A stretch of DNA of 48,467 bases from an uncultured Bacilli bacterium (lineage in GTDB: Bacteria > Bacillota_I > Bacilli_A > RF39 > UBA660): assembly GCA_947629075.1 (NCBI GenBank), contig CANRCI010000001.1:1-48467 (forward strand), written 5' to 3'. Of this stretch, positions 1 through 7,248 are shown one piece after another (the first letter of the stretch is position 1; each line of letters opens with the position of its first letter). A model generated the notes under the pieces. That model worked only from the letters and a program-made list of their open reading frames with translations. It was not told where the DNA came from and made no database searches. A program made the position numbers and the translations under genes.

Positions 1-482
1 CAAGTGTTGCTTGCCTTAAAGCGGGAGCTAGTGTCGTTCACGTCGATTCATCACGTGGTATGGTTGATTGGGCTAAAGAAAATGTCAAAGCCAGTGGTCT
101 TAGTGATAGACCGATAAGATATTTAGTCGATGACGTTGTAAAGTTTGTCAAAAGAGAAATTCGAAGAGGAAATAAGTATGATGCCATCATAATGGATCCA
201 CCTTCTTATGGAAGAGGAAGTAATGGTGAAGTTTGGGATATTGAAAACGATCTAGATAATTTAATAGAGTTATGTACACAAATACTTAGTGATAAACCAT
301 TATTTTTTATCATCAATTCTTATACAACGGGTTTATCTAAAGAAGTGTTTACTAATCTTTTAAAAGTTCATTTACAAAAATATAAGGGGAAGATTTATTC
401 TCATGAGATAGGACTTCCAATCAAAAATAGTGATTTGGTTTTACCATGTGGAATAACGAGTAGGTTTGAAAGTGATGAGTAG
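1..482 (+). CDS. Class I SAM-dependent methyltransferase (RlmI/YwbD-like), C-terminal part; 5' end lies outside the window
   Basis: Frame is open from the window edge (..GASVVHVDSS..). IIMDPPSYGRG motif is typical of this family. ORF track 60..482. Confidence 0.6.
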   Translation, partial: SVACLKAGASVVHVDSSRGMVDWAKENVKASGLSDRPIRYLVDDVVKFVKREIRRGNKYDAIIMDPPSYGRGSNGEVWDIENDLDNLIELCTQILSDKPLFFIINSYTTGLSKEVFTNLLKVHLQKYKGKIYSHEIGLPIKNSDLVLPCGITSRFESDE

Positions 483-1137
483 TGATTTAGAAATACTATA
501 CGAAGACAATCATGTTATTGTAGTTGTCAAAAAAGCTAATGTTTTGAGCCAAAGTGATGATACTCGTGATACCGATATGCTTACTCTAGTGAAAAAATAT
601 ATCAAAGAAAAATATAATAAACCAGGTAATGTCTATGTAGGACTTGTCCATCGCCTTGACCGACCAGTTGGTGGTTTAATGGTTTTTGCTAAAACTTCTA
701 AGGCAGCATCGCGATTAGCAGAACAGGTAAGAAATCACACATTTAAGAAAAAGTATTTAGCAGTTGTATGTGATAATGGTCTAAAAGATGAAGATACATT
801 TAAAGATTACTTGTTGAAAGATAAAAATAACAATGGCGTAGTTACATCAAAAGAAAGAGGTAAGGATTCGGAGTTATCTTATGTCGTGTTAGATAGAACT
901 GATAATTTGGCATTAGTTGACATATCTTTAAAAACTGGTCGTCATCATCAGATTAGAGTTCAGTTTTCATCACGTGGGCACGCTCTTTACGCTGACCATC
1001 GATACGGTACCGCTAACGGTGAAAATATAGCTCTTTACGCCTACAAATTAGAATTTGTTCACCCGACTAGAAAAGAAGTAATGACATTTACAAAAATGCC
1101 TCCTCGTGAAGGTATATGGAAAAAGTTTAAATATTAA
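466..1137 (+). CDS. RluA-family pseudouridine synthase
   Basis: HRLDRPVGGLMVFAKT catalytic-Asp motif and GRHHQIRVQ motif. Start could be TTG466, GTG472 or ATG475; it overlaps the upstream stop. Confidence 0.8.
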   Translation: MKVMSSDLEILYEDNHVIVVVKKANVLSQSDDTRDTDMLTLVKKYIKEKYNKPGNVYVGLVHRLDRPVGGLMVFAKTSKAASRLAEQVRNHTFKKKYLAVVCDNGLKDEDTFKDYLLKDKNNNGVVTSKERGKDSELSYVVLDRTDNLALVDISLKTGRHHQIRVQFSSRGHALYADHRYGTANGENIALYAYKLEFVHPTRKEVMTFTKMPPREGIWKKFKY

Positions 1138-1145
1138 TTTAATTA

Positions 1146-1197
1146 TTACAATTGTAAAACTTTTATTGCAATTGTAGTTTTTTTTTGTTATTATAAT
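1146..1197 (+). promoter_or_regulatory. Candidate operator/promoter: perfect palindrome, half-related repeat, T9 tract and -10 box
   Basis: TTACAATTGTAA at 1146-1157 is its own reverse complement. Related TTGCAATTGTAG at 1166-1177. T9 run at 1178-1186. TATAAT at 1192-1197. Confidence 0.4.
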
Positions 1198-1226
1198 AAT
1201 ATAGTAGAATAGAGGAGATGTTTATT

Positions 1227-2150
1227 ATGAAAATCCTAGAATATATGAGTTTTGATTTGGGTTGGTTTACTACTGTTCCTGGTATGATGATTACTGGCGG
1301 TATTGTATTATTATTGATTGGTCTAATAATATTTATTTTAAGCGGTAAGAAAAAGGATAGTGAGGAAGCTCCTAAGGAAGTTAAAGCAGAAGCTACTACT
1401 GATACAACTCCAGTTAGTGATGTACAAGTAGAAGTTCCTTCGGTTCCTGAAAGCGAGCCAGCACCAGCAGTTGTTGATGCTCAACCTGCACCAGCACCTG
1501 AAGTAGCACCTGTTAGTGTTGAACCAGTTGCTAGTGTTACACCAACTGAAGTAGCTACACCTAGTGATGCTAATGCCAGTGCTGAAGCTGTGGCTGAAAT
1601 TCCGACAGTAGAAGCAGCACCTGTTGCAGACGTTCAAGCGCCAGCAGAAACACCAGCACCAGAAGCAGCACCTACTGAAGCTGCACCAACAGTTCCAGAA
1701 GTTGCTCCAGCAGATGCACAAGCTATCCCAGCAGTTGAAGAAGTAAAACCGGTGGTAGAAGAAGAAAAGCCTGCAGTAGAAGCAGCACCTGTCGAAGAAG
1801 CTAAACCTTCAATTTATGGAGGAGCAGATCCACATTTAGATGCTGTGAAAGCTACTGAAGAACCACGTCAGATTTATGGTGGAGCCGATCCACTTGAAAA
1901 TACTGGTGCCTTACCTCGTGTTGAAGTTCCTGCTTTTGAAGAAGAAAAACCACAAGAACAACCAGCTGTTCCAACAGTAGAAGAGCCAAAAGCAGAACCA
2001 GTTGAAGAGAAAAAAGAAGAAGTAGTTATTCCGGCTGTCAGTGAAGAACCTAAGGAAGAAGTTGCTACACCTAGCGTAACAGTTCCAGCTGGAGAAGAGA
2101 AGAAAGAGGAAGCTCCAAAGACTGACGATATTGAAACATTAGAATTTTAA
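1227..2150 (+). CDS. Membrane-anchored low-complexity Pro/Ala/Glu/Val-rich protein
   Basis: N-terminal hydrophobic helix (GMMITGGIVLLLIGLIIFILSG) followed by ~270 aa of PAPE/VEE-type low complexity with a duplicated IYGGADP motif. ATG1227 has AGGAG 9 nt upstream; ATG1218 abuts the SD. Confidence 0.6.
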   Translation: MKILEYMSFDLGWFTTVPGMMITGGIVLLLIGLIIFILSGKKKDSEEAPKEVKAEATTDTTPVSDVQVEVPSVPESEPAPAVVDAQPAPAPEVAPVSVEPVASVTPTEVATPSDANASAEAVAEIPTVEAAPVADVQAPAETPAPEAAPTEAAPTVPEVAPADAQAIPAVEEVKPVVEEEKPAVEAAPVEEAKPSIYGGADPHLDAVKATEEPRQIYGGADPLENTGALPRVEVPAFEEEKPQEQPAVPTVEEPKAEPVEEKKEEVVIPAVSEEPKEEVATPSVTVPAGEEKKEEAPKTDDIETLEF

Positions 2151-2175
2151 AAAGACTTGTTAAAGTCTTTTTTTT
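2151..2175 (+). terminator. Rho-independent terminator
   Basis: AAAGACTT / AAGTCTTT 8-bp stem, 4-nt loop, T tract. Confidence 0.7.
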
Positions 2176-2228
2176 GTTCTTTTTTTATACCTTTTTAAAT
2201 ATATATAAGTAGAAAGGAAGATGAATAT

Positions 2229-2489
2229 ATGGAAACACTAAAAGTTTCATCAAAGTCAAATCCCAATTCAGTTGCAGGAGCACTTGCTAATACTTTCCGT
2301 GAAAAAGGGGTAGCGGAGATTCAGGCAATTGGAGCTGGAGCACTAAACCAAGCAATAAAAGCCATTGCTATTGCCAGAGGATTCATCGCCCCAAGTGGAA
2401 AGAATCTCGTTTGTATTCCAGCTTTTATCGATATCAATATCGATGGTGAAGAAAGAACGGCTATTAAATTAATTGTCGAAAGCAAATAA
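2229..2489 (+). CDS. spoVS: Stage V sporulation protein S
   Basis: 86 aa, near full-length resemblance to SpoVS (KVSSKSNPNSVAGALA..EIQAIGAGALNQAIKAIAIARGF..IDGEERTAIKLIVE). Confidence 0.9.
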   Translation: METLKVSSKSNPNSVAGALANTFREKGVAEIQAIGAGALNQAIKAIAIARGFIAPSGKNLVCIPAFIDINIDGEERTAIKLIVESK

Positions 2490-2540
2490 TTCATAAACAT
2501 TTTTAAAAGTCAACAAAAAATTAAAAAAATTACAAAAAAG

Positions 2541-2569
2541 TTGACAAGTTGACAGTTAAGTGTTATAAT
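2541..2569 (+). promoter_or_regulatory. Near-consensus sigma-A promoter with extended -10
   Basis: TTGACA (2541-2546), 17-nt spacer, TGT-TATAAT (2561-2569). The -35 lies in a tandem AGTTGACA duplication. Confidence 0.6.
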
Positions 2570-2650
2570 AATTACACATTTGAAGATTAGCACCATATGA
2601 AGATATTTCAGGGGACAATTAAAAATACAGGGGTTAAGGGGTTGAATATT

Positions 2651-3079
2651 ATGGAAAATACCAAGAAATCTTATATCTTTGAATATCAAAACGAAAATGA
2701 TTTTAGAAAGAAAGAAAGAACAGTCAGAAAATATAACATGTTAGCTTATAAAAAGTTGACATTTAGTTATTATCCTGAACTTAGAAAAGGTAACTTTTTA
2801 GGTGAATTAGTTTCAGTTAATAAAAAAGACAATACTAAATCATACGAATTAAAGTTACCAACTGATGATTTATTTGTAAAAGTTCATGGAGAGATTCGTC
2901 TTCATTATACTGTTTACGAAGATAAGAACATCATTCTTTTAACTAACATTACACCAGAAGGTATCTTAGATGAAGGACATCGTGCTGAGTTAGGTACTTA
3001 TAAAGGTGTTATGATTTCTAAATCAAATCCCGAAAAAGATATGTTCAAAGTAAACTTGTTAAATATGTTACAAAAATAG
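2651..3079 (+). CDS. Hypothetical protein, possible RelE/ParE-like fold in the C-terminal half
   Basis: ORF track 2597..3079. ATG2651 is preceded by AAGGGG. Segment LFVKVHGEIRLHYTVYEDKNIILLTNITP resembles the RelE/ParE core pattern; no HTH or antitoxin partner seen. Confidence 0.35.
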   Translation: MENTKKSYIFEYQNENDFRKKERTVRKYNMLAYKKLTFSYYPELRKGNFLGELVSVNKKDNTKSYELKLPTDDLFVKVHGEIRLHYTVYEDKNIILLTNITPEGILDEGHRAELGTYKGVMISKSNPEKDMFKVNLLNMLQK

Positions 3080-3099
3080 CTACTAGTTAGCTATTTTTT
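3076..3099 (+). terminator. Rho-independent terminator
   Basis: ATAGCTA / TAGCTAT stem, 5-nt loop, T5 tract; the stop codon lies inside the stem. Confidence 0.65.
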
Positions 3100-3100
3100 A

Positions 3101-3129
3101 TTGTAAATATTTTTTAAAGAAGTTATAAT
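3101..3129 (+). promoter_or_regulatory. Sigma-A-type promoter for the solitary pilin gene
   Basis: TTGTAA, 17-nt spacer, TATAAT. Confidence 0.5.
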
Positions 3130-3153
3130 TGTTGTAGAATAGGAGATAAAAAT

Positions 3154-3723
3154 ATGATAAACAGAGAAGATGGTTTTACCCTTATTGAACTTATGGCAGT
3201 TGTAATTATTTTAGGTATTCTTATGTTGATTGCTGTTCCAAATACAACAGCTATTCTTGAAAAGAATAAAAAAGATGCAATGATCGAAGATGCTAAAAAA
3301 TTAATTGCTTTAGCTCAATATCAAGTTAAGAAGGATAAAAATATTGAATTGCCAGAAACAGCAGATGAAGCAATAGTAATTACTCTTCAATATATGAATA
3401 CTGATAATTTGAATAAAACTAATTATTCTACTTATTATATAAAAGATAGAACTTTCGTGGCAATTAAGAAAAATGGAGATAAATATATCTATTATGCCAA
3501 TTTAGTATCTTGTAATACTGATACTTGTAATGATGAAAAATATGGAATCAATCTCGCTACTGAAGAACAATTGAGATCTGATGCCAGATTTGATTTAGTT
3601 AAAAATACTGAACAATTACAAGATTTTTTGATCAAAGCTAATACGAGTGGTGGCTATGAAATAAGTACGGTTTTAACTAGTCCATCAGGAGTTTTAAAAG
3701 CTACTAGAATAGATGTTTATTAG
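3154..3723 (+). CDS. Type IV pilin / pseudopilin (class III signal peptide), divergent from the tandem copies
   Basis: MINREDG|FTLIELMAVVIILGIL: short basic leader, Gly-1, Phe+1, Glu+5, hydrophobic helix. Cys pair at SCNTDTC. Confidence 0.8.
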   Translation: MINREDGFTLIELMAVVIILGILMLIAVPNTTAILEKNKKDAMIEDAKKLIALAQYQVKKDKNIELPETADEAIVITLQYMNTDNLNKTNYSTYYIKDRTFVAIKKNGDKYIYYANLVSCNTDTCNDEKYGINLATEEQLRSDARFDLVKNTEQLQDFLIKANTSGGYEISTVLTSPSGVLKATRIDVY

Positions 3724-3745
3724 AGAGTTTAACTCTCTTTTTTTT
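3722..3745 (+). terminator. Rho-independent terminator
   Basis: AGAGAG / CTCTCT stem followed by a T7 tract. Confidence 0.65.
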
Positions 3746-3782
3746 CTTTAATGTAAATTTAAAAAAATTAAATTGATAAATA

Positions 3783-3811
3783 TTGACTGTGAATTTTGGG
3801 TATGCTAATAT
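3783..3811 (+). promoter_or_regulatory. Sigma-A-type promoter of the pilin array
   Basis: TTGACT (3783-3788), 17-nt spacer, TAATAT (3806-3811). It lies inside the ORF-track N-terminal extension of copy 1. Confidence 0.5.
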
Positions 3812-3842
3812 AAAATTATATGATAGGAAGGAAAGTGAAGGT

Positions 3843-4427
3843 ATGAGGAAGAATCAAAAAGGGTTTACATTGATCGAGTTGCTAGCTGTTATCATCATTT
3901 TAGGACTTTTAATGGCAATCGCAATTCCAAGTGTAACTCGTTATATTACACAATCAAGAAAGAAGACATTAGTTAATTCAATCGACAGTTTCATTTCCGC
4001 TGTAACAACAGCCGTAAATGAGCAAGAATTTGGAGCATTATCTAACCAAGAAAACATTTACTTTATACCGGTTTCAAATGATTCATCAAAGAGTTGCATC
4101 GAATTAGAAAAAGGTGGAACAGATCCGTTTGGAGTTTGGCAAGAAGCATATGTTGCAGTTCACTATGATGCAGAAAAGTTCAGTTATGATTACTATTTCA
4201 CATTCTATGATGATGCGGGATATGGTATGAGTTTAACTAAGAGTGATGATATAGCTACGAGTGGTAGTGATATCAAAAACCCAAGTCCAGTAAAGAGCGG
4301 TACAATCGTTAAGAATACAGTAGGGGCTAAAAAGCCTAAAGTAGGTGCAGCAGCTGCTGAAAACGCTACTCCTATGAAAATTCCTGTTGGTAATTGTAAA
4401 GTAGCTAATGCAACACCTGCTACTTAA
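3843..4427 (+). CDS. Type IV pilin, tandem paralog 1 (194 aa)
   Basis: MRKNQKG|FTLIELLAVIIILGLL class III signal peptide. Cys85 and Cys185 could form a D-region disulfide. ATG3843 follows a GAAGG SD. Confidence 0.85.
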   Translation: MRKNQKGFTLIELLAVIIILGLLMAIAIPSVTRYITQSRKKTLVNSIDSFISAVTTAVNEQEFGALSNQENIYFIPVSNDSSKSCIELEKGGTDPFGVWQEAYVAVHYDAEKFSYDYYFTFYDDAGYGMSLTKSDDIATSGSDIKNPSPVKSGTIVKNTVGAKKPKVGAAAAENATPMKIPVGNCKVANATPAT

Positions 4428-4469
4428 TAAATAGTTAGTTTGTAATAAAAAAATTATTTGGAGGTCAAA

Positions 4470-5060
4470 GTGAGAAAGAATCAAAAAGGATTTACTTTAA
4501 TCGAATTGCTTGCCGTTATCATTATCTTAGGACTTTTAATGGCAATCGCAATTCCAAGTGTAACAAGATACATTACACAATCAAGAAAGAAAACGTTGGT
4601 TAATTCAATCGATAGTTTCATTTCTGCTGTAACAACAGCTGTAAATGAACAAGAATTCGGTGCATTGTCTAACCAAGAAAATATTTACTTTATACCAGTT
4701 TCAAACGACTCAGCAAAAAGTTGTGTTGAACTAGAAAAAGGTGGAACTGATCCATTCGGAGCTTGGAAAGAGGCTTACGTAGCAGTTCACTATGATGCCG
4801 ATAAATTCAGTTACGATTATTATTTTACATTCTATGATGATGCTGGATATGGAATGCAATTGACTAAGAGTGACGATATAGCTACAAGTGGTAGTGATAT
4901 CAAAAATCCAAGTCCTGTTAAAAATGCAGATATCATAAAAAATACTGTAGGAGCTAAAAAATCCAGTGTAGCAAGTGCAGCAGATGCTAATCCGTTAGTA
5001 CTATCTACTACTGATTGCAAAGCTTCAACTGCTAAAGCTGGACCAGTAACAGTTAGTTAA
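4470..5060 (+). CDS. Type IV pilin, tandem paralog 2 (196 aa, GTG start)
   Basis: Same N-terminal 151 aa as the other copies with a few substitutions. GGAGG SD 5 nt upstream of GTG4470; the TTG4458 of the ORF track sits in the SD. Confidence 0.85.
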   Translation: MRKNQKGFTLIELLAVIIILGLLMAIAIPSVTRYITQSRKKTLVNSIDSFISAVTTAVNEQEFGALSNQENIYFIPVSNDSAKSCVELEKGGTDPFGAWKEAYVAVHYDADKFSYDYYFTFYDDAGYGMQLTKSDDIATSGSDIKNPSPVKNADIIKNTVGAKKSSVASAADANPLVLSTTDCKASTAKAGPVTVS

Positions 5061-5094
5061 TATTTGATAAAAAATAAATTATTTGGAGGTTAAA

Positions 5095-5685
5095 ATGAGA
5101 AAGAACCAGAAAGGTTTTACTTTAATTGAGTTGCTAGCCGTTATTATCATTTTAGGACTTTTAATGGCGATTGCAATTCCTAGTGTAACGAGATACATTA
5201 CACAATCAAGAAAAAAGACATTGGTTAATTCAATCGATAGTTTCATTTCTGCAGTAACGACAGCAGTAAATGAACAAGAGTTCGGTGCATTATCTAATCA
5301 AGAGAAAATTTACTTTATACCGGTTTCAAATGATTCAACGAAGAGTTGTGTTGAATTAGAAAAAGGTGGAACAGATCCATTTGGAGTTTGGCAAGAAGCA
5401 TATGTAGCAGTTCACTATGATGCCGATAAATTCAGTTATGATTATTATTTCACATTCTTTGATGACGCTGGATATGGTATGAAATTGACTAAGAGTGATG
5501 ATATTGCTACAAGTGGTAGTGATATCAAAAACCCAAGTCCAGTTAAACATGCTGATATTATTTCAAACACTGTAAGTGCCAAAAAAACTAGTAAGGCAGA
5601 TGCAGCTAATGCTGATGCGGTAGTACTATCTGCTAAAGATTGTAAAGCTGCAACTGCTACAAGCGGGCCAGCAGCAACTAGCTAA
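5095..5685 (+). CDS. Type IV pilin, tandem paralog 3 (196 aa)
   Basis: As above; ATG5095 follows GGAGG. Confidence 0.85.
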   Translation: MRKNQKGFTLIELLAVIIILGLLMAIAIPSVTRYITQSRKKTLVNSIDSFISAVTTAVNEQEFGALSNQEKIYFIPVSNDSTKSCVELEKGGTDPFGVWQEAYVAVHYDADKFSYDYYFTFFDDAGYGMKLTKSDDIATSGSDIKNPSPVKHADIISNTVSAKKTSKADAANADAVVLSAKDCKAATATSGPAATS

Positions 5686-5719
5686 TATTTGATAAAAAAT
5701 AAATTATTTGGAGGTTAAA

Positions 5720-6289
5720 ATGAGAAAGAATCAAAAAGGATTTACATTAATTGAGTTGCTTGCTGTTATCATTATTTTAGGACTTTTAATGGCAATCGCA
5801 ATTCCAAGTGTAACAAGATACATTACACAATCAAGAAAGAAAACGTTAGTTAATTCAATTGATAGTTTCATTTCTGCAGTAACGACAGCAGTAAACGAAC
5901 AAGAGTTCGGTGCATTATCTAATCAAGCCAATATTTACTTTATACCAGTTTCAAATGACTCATCAAAAAGTTGTGTTGAACTAGAAAAAGGTGGAACTGA
6001 TCCATTCGGAGTTTGGCAAAAAGCATATGTAGCAGTTCACTATGATGCCGACAAATTCAGCTACGATTATTATTTCACATTCTATGACGATGCAGGATAT
6101 GGTATGCAATTGACTAAGAGCGATGATATAGCTACAAGTGGTAGTGATATCAAGAACCCAAGTCCAGTAAAAGCTGATAATATTGTTACAAATAGTGTAA
6201 ATGCTAAGGCAAGTAGCGCACCTGGTGCTGCCAATGCTACTGCTAAAGAGATTACTGTTGCAGGTAATTGTAAAGTAAGTGCATCTTAA
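5720..6289 (+). CDS. Type IV pilin, tandem paralog 4 (189 aa)
   Basis: As above; ATG5720 follows GGAGG. Confidence 0.85.
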   Translation: MRKNQKGFTLIELLAVIIILGLLMAIAIPSVTRYITQSRKKTLVNSIDSFISAVTTAVNEQEFGALSNQANIYFIPVSNDSSKSCVELEKGGTDPFGVWQKAYVAVHYDADKFSYDYYFTFYDDAGYGMQLTKSDDIATSGSDIKNPSPVKADNIVTNSVNAKASSAPGAANATAKEITVAGNCKVSAS

Positions 6290-6308
6290 TAACATTAAAT
6301 TAAACGTT

Positions 6309-6335
6309 AAAGATTTAGTTATCTAAATCTTTTTT
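6309..6335 (+). terminator. Rho-independent terminator closing the pilin array
   Basis: AAAGATTTAG / CTAAATCTTT 10-bp stem, 4-nt loop, T tract. It is the only hairpin terminator between 3811 and 6335. Confidence 0.75.
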
Positions 6336-6381
6336 CTTTGTTTAAAAAATAGTATAATATTAGTTGTTGAGGAGTGGTTAT

Positions 6382-7248
6382 ATGTTAGTTATTGGAAGTC
6401 ACGTTGGTTTCAATAAAGATAGTCAATTAGTTGGTAGTGTTAAAGAAGCTTTGGGGTATAATGCTAATACTTTTATGTTTTATACTGGAGCACCACAAAA
6501 TACTAAAAGAAGTGGTATCGATGATGGATTAACTTTAGAGGCCTATAATCTGATGAAAGAAAATGGTATAAAATTGGAGGACGTTATTGTTCATGCTCCT
6601 TATATTGTTAACTTAGCTAATAAAACGGATATCGATAAATACAGTTTTTCTAAACGTTTTTTAAAAGAAGAATTAAACAGATGTGAATTATTGGGGATGA
6701 AATATTTAGTTCTACATCCTGGTAGCCATGTTGGTCAAGGAGTAGAAGTTGCTATTCAAAATATTGCTGATGCTTTAAATGAAGTTTTGGAAGGTTCTAA
6801 AGTTATCGTCCTTCTTGAAACTATGGCTGGTAAGGGTACGGAAGTTGGAAGAAATTTCGAAGAGATAAAGAGTATAATTGATAAAGTAGTTCATAAAGAT
6901 AAAATTGGTGTTTGTTTGGATACTTGTCATTTAAACGATGCTGGTTATGATGTTAATTCTTTTGATAAAGTTCTAGATGAATTCGATAAAGTTGTTGGTC
7001 TTAAATACGTTCATTGCATCCATATCAACGACAGTAAAAATCCTTGTGGTAGTCATAAAGATCGTCACGAGAATATCGGTTATGGTACGATTGGCTTTGA
7101 TAGTATGATAAAGATTATCTATAATGATAGATTAAAAAATATTCCTAAGATTTTAGAGACTCCTTGGATTGGTGATTATCCTCCTTATAAAGAAGAGATC
7201 GAATCTATTAGAAATAAAAAGTTTAATGATAAATTAAAAGAAGATTAG
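6382..7248 (+). CDS. nfo: Deoxyribonuclease IV (endonuclease IV)
   Basis: HAPYIVNLA, VLHPGSH, LETMAGKG and CLDTCH motifs. GAGGAG SD before ATG6382. Confidence 0.9.
   Translation: MLVIGSHVGFNKDSQLVGSVKEALGYNANTFMFYTGAPQNTKRSGIDDGLTLEAYNLMKENGIKLEDVIVHAPYIVNLANKTDIDKYSFSKRFLKEELNRCELLGMKYLVLHPGSHVGQGVEVAIQNIADALNEVLEGSKVIVLLETMAGKGTEVGRNFEEIKSIIDKVVHKDKIGVCLDTCHLNDAGYDVNSFDKVLDEFDKVVGLKYVHCIHINDSKNPCGSHKDRHENIGYGTIGFDSMIKIIYNDRLKNIPKILETPWIGDYPPYKEEIESIRNKKFNDKLKED

Larger units (their letters stand above)
3843..6289 (+). repeat. Tandem array of four ~625-bp pilin gene units
   Basis: Start-to-start distances are 627, 625 and 625 nt. The 34-nt spacers 5061-5094 and 5686-5719 are identical. Confidence 0.95.

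Noticed and set aside
1338-1721. 127-aa minus-strand ORF extraordinarily rich in Cys and Trp (MCICWSNFWNCWCSF..).
   Set aside because: It is the antisense shadow of the Pro/Ala/Glu-rich gene: GCA/CCA/GAA codons read backwards give TGC/TGG/TTC. It has no SD and lies fully inside a better-supported + strand gene.
3783-3842. N-terminal extensions of the pilin ORFs in the track (MTVNFGYANIKLYDRKESEG.. and MEVK..).
   Set aside because: The 3783 extension overlaps the predicted promoter. The TTG at 4458, 5083 and 5708 lies inside the GGAGG Shine-Dalgarno. A class III signal peptide needs a short leader (MRKNQKG).
3843-6289. Whether the repeats could be a CRISPR array, a DGR target/template pair or a shufflon.
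   Set aside because: The repeat unit is a ~625-bp complete gene, not 25-40-bp repeats with spacers. No reverse transcriptase, recombinase, invertase or inverted-repeat crossover sites are visible anywhere in the window.
4233-6295. Recurring minus-strand ORFs (4233-4484, 4832-5020, 5356-5550, 5981-6295) inside the pilin array.
   Set aside because: They recur only because the underlying pilin DNA is repeated. They have junk-like composition, no ribosome-binding sites, and differ in length between repeats, so they are not conserved as proteins.
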